This document shows positions 51,207 to 64,000 of a stretch of 64,000 nt of DNA, piece after piece. The position numbers and the translations under genes are program-made. Each line of letters begins with the position of its first letter. The first letter of the stretch is position 1. Source of the stretch: Octopus sinensis. Taxonomy: Eukaryota. The stretch is taken from positions 34,635 through 98,634 of the forward strand of contig NW_021831854.1 in NCBI RefSeq assembly GCF_006345805.1, read 5' to 3'. The notes beneath the pieces were generated by a model. That model saw only the letters and a program-made list of their open reading frames with translations, had not been told where the DNA came from and made no database searches.

Positions 51207-52899
51207 AAATCATCTCCTGTTGTTCAGGACGAATGGCGGCCCGAATCGCAGGATGAACCTCAGTGCTTACCTCCATGGAGTGCCACAGGACTCATGGCAG
51301 CGGAGGATGAGTACTGCGAAAATCCGATAACAGACACTAAAATACAAGTTAAACACACGAGAAGCAAATCAACTAATTCAGGTATGCTTCTTCTCAAACA
51401 GTGGAGGCGTCAGCATCATGATCGTAAGATTGTGGTTTCGATTCCTGGACCGGCCGACGCGTTGTGTTCTTGAGCAAATCATTTCATTTCACATTGCTCT
51501 AGTCCACTCAGCCGGCAAAAATGAGTAACGCTGTGATAGACTGGCGTCCCATCCAGCTGGGGAACACATACGCCATTGAAACCGGAAAACCGGGCCCATA
51601 AGCCTGGCTAGGCTTTAAAAGGGTGTGTAGCAATAACCATTTTAGCCATTTTGAAATGTGGCGCGAATTGGCAATACGTAATGTCATATTGCCGAAGAAT
51701 TATCATTTTCGTTTTATTCCATTGGTTAATATAACTGCTCATATAAAGATTCTAAAAGTTTCGTAAAGAATATTTGTCATGGATTTCGATTCTTTTTAGT
51801 CAAGTTGGGCAGTTATAAAAACCCTGGATTTGGGGAAAAATTTCAGTGTTTGTTGGATGTCACTGACCTCCACGACACTCACTCTTTTGAGACATCGGTA
51901 ATTTTCATGCCATGTCTAGAGTTAATCACAAATCTATTTGCTAGAATTGAGAAATTAGTAAATGAAATTATAGTCGTTCTTCTTCACGACAAAGTTATCT
52001 TTCCTACTGTAAATAATATAAAATGTTATATTTATATAATAAAACTAATTAAAAGAAAATGTTTCTCTTCACGTTTGTTTTCCAACTGAGCAAAAATAAG
52101 GATGCATTTCTGTAATCCTTAATTTATGTTCAGTTGGCGGTTTTTGTTTTAAACCTTAAGCTTTCTCTTAGTTTTTATTATTTTATTTGGCTTTTCTCTG
52201 AGTAAGGGAGAATATAATGATTCAACATCACTTATACTAAAGTGTTATCATTATACCTAAAACCCTAACTACAGTTATAACGTCATATAGACATATACGC
52301 ATGAAACGCTATGAATATTAACGACATGTATGTTGAATATTTTCTTCGTGTCCTTTAAACCGCTATAAAAAAACATCAGTTAAGGATTACAGAAATGCAT
52401 CCTTATTTATGCTCAGTTGAAAAACAAACGTGAAGAGAAACATTTTCTTTTAATTAGTTTTATTATATAAATATAACATTTTATATTATTTACAGTAGGA
52501 AAGATAACTTTGTCGCGAAGAAGAACGACTATAATTTCATTAAATAATTTCTCAATTCTAGCTAATACATTAACCAACAAATCAAAATAGATTTGTGATA
52601 ACTCTAGACATGGCATGAAAATTCCCGATGTCTCAAAAGAGTGAGTGTCGTGGAGTTCAGTGACATCCAGCAAACACTAAAACTTTTCCCAAAATCCAGG
52701 GTTTTTATAACTGCTCAACTTGACTAAAAAGAATCGAAATCCATGACGTTGCTCCAGTCCACGCAGCTGGCAAAAATGAGTTGTACTTGTACTTCAAAGG
52801 GTCAGCCTTGTCACTCTCTGTGTCACGCTGATTATCCCCGAGAACTACGTTAAGGGTACACGTGTCTGTGGAATGCTCAGCCATATATATATATATGAT

Positions 52900-53216
52900 A
52901 AAATATTAGGGAATAAATCCAAACTTACAGGGAAAAATCAGATTTAGGATTAAATCCAATTTTATAGTAAAATATATTATATTAAATTAGAGATAAAACC
53001 ACTATTAGGCAAATCAAACAATGAAAAACATAAGAAGCCAATACATAAAATTAATTAATTTATATTATTTTAAATATATATCAAAAGTTTTAAAAGTTTA
53101 GTTAGACTTTTAATACTTTTGATATATATTTAAAATAATATAAATTAATTACTTTTATGTATTGGCTTATGTTTTTCATTGTTTGATTTGCCTAATAGTG
53201 GTTTTATCTCTAATTT

Positions 53217-53217
<1 letters not shown>
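52900..53217. mobile_element. Shorter palindromic member of the 20290-20832 family
   Basis: Same left extension (ATATTAGGGAATAAATCCAAACTTACAGGG) and arms, folded back earlier (apex ~53100), lacking the hammerhead part. Confidence 0.82.
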
Positions 53218-56393
<3,176 letters not shown>

Positions 56394-56423
56394 TATACAT
56401 ATATATATCTATCTATATATATG

Positions 56424-56474
<51 letters not shown>

Positions 56475-56529
56475 ATATATAAATATGTATGTATATATAT
56501 ATACATATATATAATATATATATATATAT

Positions 56530-56696
<167 letters not shown>

Positions 56697-56797
56697 GAGA
56701 AGCCCGTCGTATATATGTATATAATTTACTTAATCATCGGTATGTTATTGTTGCTTTAATTTTAATATTTCTATTATATAGGCGTATAATATTATAT

Positions 56798-57183
56798 AGG
56801 CGCAGGAGTGGTTGTGTGGTAAGTAGCTTGCTAACCAACCACATGGTTCCGGGTTCAGTCCCACTGCGTGGAATCTTGGGCAAGTGTTTTCTGCTATAGC
56901 CCCGGGCCGTCCAATGCCTTGTGAGTGGATTTGGTAGACGGAAACTGAAAGAAGCCTGTCGTATATATGTATATATATATATGTGTCTGTGTTTGTCCCC
57001 CTAGCACTGACAACCGATGCTGCTGTGTTTACGTCCCCGTCACATAGCGGTTCTACAAAAGTCACTGATAGAATACGTACTGGGCTTACAACGAATAAGT
57101 CCAGGGGCCGATTTGCTCGACTAAAAGCGGTGCTCCAGCATGGCCGCATCAAATGACTGGAACAAGTAAAAGAGAAAAGAGAG
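56798..57183 (+). mobile_element. SINE family A, full length
   Basis: Same head and tail. Confidence 0.88.
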
Positions 57184-57737
57184 ATATGTAATTTTCTAGA
57201 TGGTGTAATTTAATTTGTTCATTTTGAATTGATAAAAGGTTGTTTTTTTCCCTAATTTTTATATATAATATATATATATAGTGTGTGAAATTTGAGTTAG
57301 TATTTCTAAATTGAATTTTTCCCTGTAAGTTAGGATTAATATATATTATATATAATATATAATATATATATATATATATAAATATACAAATAATTATACT
57401 ATTTACGGAGTAATATAAAAAAATATAAAAAATAAAAAATAAAAATAAATAAATATAATAATAATAATAATATATAATAATAATATTATATATAATATAT
57501 ATAATATATATGATAATATATATATATTATATTATATATATATATATATATATATAAATTTATAAGTATAAATTAATAATTTAAAATTTCTTTTCAATTT
57601 TTAATTAATTTAAATAATTTATATTTTGAATTTTATATTTTATATATTTGTATATTATATTAATTAATTTTATTTGTATGTTTTGGTTTATGTTTTTCAC
57701 TGTTTGCCTGCCTAATAGTGGTTTTATCTCTAATTTA

Positions 57738-57799
<62 letters not shown>

Positions 57800-57807
57800 A
57801 ATATATA

Positions 57808-57969
57808 CGACGAGCTTCTTTCAGTTTCCATCTACCAAATCCACTCACAAGGCTTGGTAGGCCCGAGGCTATAGTAGAAGACACTTGCGCAATGTGCCAC
57901 GCAGTGGGACTGAACCTGGAACCATGTGGTTGGTTAGCAAGCTACTTACCACACAGCCACTCCTACGCC
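57808..57969 (-). mobile_element. SINE family A, 5' half
   Basis: Head and central block only. Confidence 0.82.
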
Positions 57970-58265
57970 TATATATATATATTGTGTATATTGTATTGAT
58001 TGCAGTGAGATTCACTCTTGTTTCCGACGGTGGTTTTTGCATGGTGTGCGGTACAGGCAGTAGTATTTGTGGTCTTGGTGATGTGTGTGATGCAGTTGAT
58101 GGTCGTGTAACTGTGTTGCTGGGAGGAGCTGGCATGGTGCCCATTTTGCGGGTTTTCCTTTCCGGAATTCCCTTCTAATCTCTTTGTTTGCTAGTATGGC
58201 AGTTTTTAGGGTCATCCTCGAGAAGGGTAGAACAGGTGGCTTGCTGTTTGTCGAAATGCTGCTGT

Positions 58266-58479
58266 TTTCTTCTTCTTCTTCTTCTTCTTCTTCTTCTTCC
58301 AATTCTTCTTCTTCTTCTTCTTCTCCTTCTTCTTCTTCCTCTTCTTTTTCTTCCTCTTCTTCTTCTTCTTCTCCTTCTTCTTCTTTTCCTTCTTCTTTTT
58401 TTCTTCTTCTTCTTTTCCTCCTCCTCCTCCTCCTCCTCCTTCTTCTTCTTCTTCTTCTTCCAATTCTTCTTCTTCCAAT

Positions 58480-58510
<31 letters not shown>

Positions 58511-58690
58511 TTTCTTCCTCTTCTTCTTCTTCTTCTTCTTTTCCTTCTTCTTTTTTTTTTCCTCTTCTTTTCCTCCTCCTCCTCCTCCTCCTCCTTCTTC
58601 TTCTTTCTTCTTCTTCTTCTTCTTCTTCTTCTTCTTCCAATTCTTCTTCCTCTTTTTCTTCTTCTCCTTCTTCCTCTTCTTCTTCTTCTA
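58266..58690. repeat. (CTT)n/(CCT)n polypyrimidine tract, ~420 bp
   Basis: Direct reading; internal block repeats CCAATTCTTC. Confidence 0.95.
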
Positions 58691-58948
58691 ATCAGGACTC
58701 ACGCCATCAGCCACAAAGAATAATCTCTAATTCGAGCCTACTCTAAGCCCCTAAGAATGCGTGTGGCAACTTGAAGATCCCCACCACCACACGTGATAGA
58801 CTGGCGGTTGCACGGGCGCGAAAGCTACGTTGTTATCCTTATTCCGTATACGGTGGCTGTTTAACGGTTGGAGAGCTGAAACCATCATGGGGTACAGAGG
58901 ATACGCAATCTAGACTAGGGTCTGCTTTGTAGCAGAAGTAGGAAGAAA

Positions 58949-59325
58949 GAGGCGCAATGGCCCAGTGGTTAGGGCAGCGGACTCGCGGTCGTAGGATCGC
59001 GGTTTCGATTCCCAGACCGGGCATTGTGAGTGTTTATTGAGCGAAAACACCTAAAGCTCCATGAGGCTCCTGCAGGGGTGGTGGTGAACCCTGCTGTACT
59101 CTTTCACCACAACTTTCTCTCACTCTTTCTTCCTGTTTCTGTTGTACCTGTATTTCAAAGGGCCAGACTTGTCACACTCTGTGTCACGCTGAATCTCCTC
59201 GAGAACTACGTTAAAGGTACACGTGTCTGTGGAATGCTCAGCCACTTGCACGTTAATTCCACGAGCAAGCTGTTCCGTTGATCATATCAGCTGGGACCCT
59301 CATCGTCGAACGACGGAGTGCTCCT
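58949..59325 (+). mobile_element. SINE family B, full length, 13-bp TSD, inserted in an older family B copy
   Basis: TAGGAAGAAAGAG at 58939-58951 and 59328-59340. Confidence 0.88.
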
Positions 59326-59680
59326 ACTAGGAAGAAAGAGTGAGAGAAAGTTGTGTTGAAAGAGTACAGTGGGGTTCACCACCACCCCACGTCAGAGCCT
59401 CGTGGAGCTTAAGTGTTTTTGCTCAATAAACACTCGAATGTTGCTGTTGTTGATTTTGTCATTGTCGTCACCAAAATTTTTGACGTTCCTTGGAGACGAA
59501 ACAGGATATTCACTTCGGTGATGCCATCAGATGTAAACCATTCTACATGTTCTCATTCTTCTTGGACAAGCAACGTGTCCCGTTGTCGAACGTTATCATG
59601 GTTTCTTTATCAGCAATCTTTAAATAATTAAAGAACATTGCAATATGTTTGCCTTAGCCGAAAGTAGTTCGTCATATATA

Positions 59681-60316
59681 GGCGCGGGAGTGGCTCTGTG
59701 GTAAGTTGCTTGTTTACCAACCACATGGTTCCGGGTTCAGTCCCACTGCTTGGCACCTTGGGCAAGTGTCTTCTACTATAGCCTTTGGCCGACCAGAGCC
59801 TTGTGAGTAGATTTGGTAGACGGAAACTGAAAGAAGCCCGTCGTATATATATATATATATATATGGTGTGTGTGTGTGTGTGTGTGTGTGGCTGTGTGGT
59901 ATATAGCTTGTTTACCAACCACATGGTTCCGGGTTCAGTCCCACTGCGTGGCACCTTGGGCAAGTGCTTCTTCTATAGCCTCGGGCCCGACCAAAGTCGT
60001 GTGAGTGGATGGTAGACGGAAACTGAAAGAAGCCCGTCGTATATATATCTATATATATATATATATATATATATAATTATATATATGTGTGTGTGTGTGG
60101 GGTGGGGTGTTTGTCCCCCTAGCATTGCTTGACAACCAATGCTTGTGTGTTTATGTCCCCGTTACTTAGCGGTTGGGCAAAAGAGACCGATAGTATAAGT
60201 ACTGGGCTTACAAAAGAATAAGTCCCGGGGTCGATTTGCTCGGCTAAAAGGCGGCGCTCCAGCATGGCCGCAGTCAAATGGCTGAAACAAGTAAAAGAGT
60301 AAAAGAGTAAAGAGAG
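59681..60316 (+). mobile_element. SINE family A with duplicated 5' half
   Basis: 5' half at 59681-59845 repeated at ~59890-60045, followed by one 3' half with a (GTAAAAGA)n tail. Confidence 0.85.
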
Positions 60317-60409
60317 ACTATCTGTCTTTCTACGACGGTTTTATCTGGCACCGTACGTCTTCCAGTCGTTACGTGGGAGGATGTACCATTATTAAAATAT
60401 CTCTTTTTT

Positions 60410-60915
60410 TTTGTGACCTCCTTCGGTCATGAATGACCATGGAATTGCACCTAGAAAGTTACCCTCCGGGGTACAAGTCTGGGCAAGGTTGTTTATGGAA
60501 TACCAGCAGTCGCCTATGCATACTAGCCTACCCCTCTCCACGCCACCGATGTTATCCAAGGGAAAGGCAAAGGGGGCCGATACAGCTTGGCACCTGTGAC
60601 GTCGCAGTTCATTTACTAACGTGCAAGTGGCTGAGCACCCCACAGACACGTGTACCCTTAACGTAGTTCTCGAGGAGATTCAGCGTGGTGACAAGGACGG
60701 GCCTTTGAAATACAGGTGCATCAGAAACAGGAAGAAAGGGTGAGAGAAAGTTGTGGGGAAAGAGTACAGTAGGGATCACCACCACCCACTACCGGAGCCT
60801 CGTGGAGCTTTCGGTGTTTTCGCTCAATAAACACTCACAATACTCGGTCTGGGAATCGAAACCGCGTTCTTATGACCGCGAGTCCGCTGCCCTAACCACT
60901 GGGCCGTTGCGCCTC
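60410..60915 (-). mobile_element. Composite SINE: family B 5' part joined to family C 3' part
   Basis: 60620-60915 matches family B and 60410-60607 matches family C, both on the minus strand. Confidence 0.7.
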
Positions 60916-61134
60916 CGCTACTATATCTCTACAGCATAGCTAACATTGAAAAATCATTGGTGCGTATCTTCTGCGTAAACATCTTTTTCTGAGAAGAGGG
61001 TTAGTGCTAATTCGTTTAACCATGAGTATCACATACGAGTAGATAAATGCTTTTGCAATTTCAAAAACGAATTTATCTGAAAGTTTACCACACCATACTG
61101 GGTTACACCATGGTTCCCCTGTTTTGTGCCAGAA

Positions 61135-61325
61135 GTAGGAAGAAAGAGTGAGAAAAGGTTGTGGTGAAAGAGTACAGCAGGGATCGCCACCACCCACTGC
61201 CGGAGATTCGTGGAGCTTTAGGTGTTTTCGCTCAATAAACATTCACAATGCCCGGTCTGGGAATCGAAACCGCGTTCTTACGACCGCGAGCCCGCTGCCC
61301 TAACCACGGGGCCATTGCGTCTCCA
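61135..61325 (-). mobile_element. SINE family B, 5' half
   Basis: Reverse complement of the family B head. Confidence 0.8.
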
Positions 61326-61342
61326 CTGGTGCTGCTGTTACT

Positions 61343-61865
61343 TATCATCATCATCACTGTTCGACCGAGGTCGCGACAATGGAATTTACCATGCTACGCC
61401 AGACTTCACGGTCCATCACAGCATTACGGAGGTCCTGTTGCTGGATGCCTGTATCCCTGGAGATTACATCAGGGTAGGAGAGTGTGCGCCCTCTGGTATC
61501 GCGAGTAGATGGCTTCCAGAGGAGAAGAGTAGAAATTACCTCGTTTTCAGCTCTACAACAATGTCCAGCAAACTGGACTCTCCTACCTTTCACAAGAGAT
61601 GACACAGGTGGTAGTTTCCCCATATATTTGTACTTTGGTTCGATGACTCTTCCACGAGAGATTTTGAGCTCTCATAAGGAGGCGAGTGTAGGTTCCATCC
61701 AACCGCCTCTCAAGCTTCTTTGACAACGTCCAGGTTCCTGAGCCATATAGTAGAATTGGTTCGACTGTGGCTTTGAAGATTTCGAGTTTGAAGTCTCTAC
61801 TTAGATTTGATGACCAGATCTTATGCATATCATTATAGGCTGACCAGGCCATACCCTTTCTAGCT
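61343..61865 (-). mobile_element. RTE-type LINE 3' fragment (~520 bp)
   Basis: AWSAYNDMHKIWSSNLSRDFKLEIFKATVEPILLYGSGTWTL...LMRAQNLSWK...QFAGHCCR...DREVWRSMV. Confidence 0.88.
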
Positions 61866-61922
61866 AGAAAATCTTTTCTAGATGATGATATGTATGACCC
61901 AAGATATTTATAATCAGAAAGT

Positions 61923-62298
61923 AGAGGCGCAATGGCCCAGTGTTAGGGCACGGACTCGCGGTCATAGGATCGCGGTTTCGATTCCAGACCGGCGTTGTGA
62001 GTGTTTATTGAGCAAACACCTAAAGCTCCACGGCTCCGGCCAGGGGATGGTGGTGACCCTGCTGTACTCTTTCCCCACAACTTTTCTCTCACTCTTTTTT
62101 CCTGTTTCTGTTGTACCTGTATTTCAAAGGGGCCGGCCTTGTCACTCTCTGTGTCACGCTGAATATCCCCGAGAACTACGTTAAGGGTACACGTTCTGTG
62201 GAAGGGCCAGCCACTTACGCGTTAATTTCACGAGCAGGCTGTTCCGTTGATTCGGATCAACCGGAACCCTCGTCGTCGTAACCGACGGAGTGCTTTCA
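61923..62298 (+). mobile_element. SINE family B, full length, 11-bp TSD
   Basis: ATAATCAGAAA at 61910-61920 and 62302-62312. Confidence 0.87.
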
Positions 62299-62465
62299 TC
62301 CATAATCAGAAACCATATTTAAGGGCGCATTGTTGAGAGTATGGATGATGCAATCACTGTAGAACAGGCACTTGTTTATATATTCAGTCTTGGCCTCATT
62401 GAGGTAAAGACCTGTCACTTATACTGTTGCTGTTTCTGTGGTGATCTTCGTTACCGTCTTTGTAG

Positions 62466-63262
<797 letters not shown>

Positions 63263-63860
63263 CTGTTGAAGTTTTCTCTGCACACTGTGCAGTCGTTGCT
63301 GCTTTGGGTGGTGGAAGGTTTTACTTTTGATGCAGCCTGTGTTTCCTGCTGTAAGCGCTGTTGTGGAGTCTCCCTTGCTGGAGGGGCGTGTTTCTCGTTT
63401 CTTCCCAGTGGGCAAAGGACTTTGAGGTGAGAATCTCTGCCCACAGAGATAGCATCTCGGTTTGCGTCCCTCCACCGATACGTGCAACGTTTAAGGCGGC
63501 GAGCTGGCAGAACCGTTAGCACGCCGGGCGAAATGCGTAGCTGTATTTCGTCTGCCGTTACGTTCTGAGTTCAAATTCCGCCGAGGTCGACTTTGCCTTT
63601 CATCCTTTCGGGGTCGATAAATTAAGGACCAGTTACGCACTGGGGTCGATGTAATCGACTTAATCCGTTTGTCTGTCCTTGTTTGCCTCCTCTGTGTGTA
63701 GCCCCTTGTGGGTAATAAAGAAACGGATACGTGCAACGTTATTCCTTCAGGCAAGTGGACGACGGCTGGAATGCTTTCAAAGGCCTGCTGGTTTGCTTGA
63801 AACAAGAGTTCTAGACACTGACCACATTAGTTTCTTAATCACCAGCCATGCCGGCGCGTA
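63263..63860 (-). mobile_element. L1/Tx1-type ORF1 (gag-knuckle) fragment split by a SINE D
   Basis: AFESIPAVVHLPEGITLHVS|VEGRKPRCYLCGQR..HLKVLCP (C-X2-C-X4-H-X4-C after a frameshift). Confidence 0.65.
63492..63725 (+). mobile_element. SINE family D with 15-bp TSD
   Basis: GATACGTGCAACGTT at 63477-63491 and 63726-63740. Confidence 0.9.
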
Positions 63861-64000
63861 CGTTAACAATAAATAAATAAAATTCTTTTGAAATTTATTT
63901 CTTGGAAATTTATTTCTTGGAATTCTCATAAAATTTTTCTATAAAAACCCTCCCTGCTTCAATTTGCAGAAGCATTATTTAAGTGGGACTTACCCAAACA

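Larger units (their letters stand above)
44105..52866. repeat. Tandem segmental duplication, units 44105-48687 and 48688-52866
   Basis: Near-identical sequence order in both units; junction ...GGTACACGT-GTC-GAACAATG with GTC microhomology; the length difference is four 102-bp repeats. Confidence 0.93.

Noticed and set aside
58690-58935. GC-richer structured segment as an HDV-like ribozyme or LINE 5' UTR; also checked the 5' end of the R4 element near 6270
   Set aside because: Some local pairing is present, but I could not assemble the nested double pseudoknot by eye; it needs an RNAMotif/Infernal search.

Overview
Eukaryotic, extremely repeat-dense genomic DNA. It is most likely a coleoid cephalopod (Octopus-like), inferred from the SINE families and the long (TA)n/(TAA)n/(GATA)n tracts; I did not confirm this by search. 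No complete host gene is visible, and almost all long ORFs in the track are microsatellite translations. Recognisable contents: a nest of R4/Dong-type RLE retrotransposons in (TAA)n (1-7.5 kb, one about full length), a 5'-truncated Tx1/L1-type LINE inside (GATA)n, an irritans-like mariner, a Penelope-like element (PLE), a near-complete CR1/L2(Crack)-type LINE whose 3' tail matches the commonest SINE, RTE and Tc1 fragments, at least four tRNA-derived SINE families, a foldback-type DNA transposon with an 8-bp TSD, a CR1 3'-end tandem array and two kb-scale tandem duplications. The most interesting signal is a set of short non-coding elements embedded in (TA)n. They form fold-back palindromes (0.2 to about 10 kb) and repeatedly carry type I minimal hammerhead-ribozyme-like motifs (CYGAnGA - stem II - GAAAC-palindrome-GTH), best at 23285-23329 on the minus strand. 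I interpret these as PLE-mobilised, ribozyme-bearing non-autonomous elements that create hairpins. Caveat: frequent single-base frameshifts in otherwise young elements suggest residual long-read indel errors, so frameshifts, palindromes and duplications need read-level confirmation. All coordinates were read by eye.
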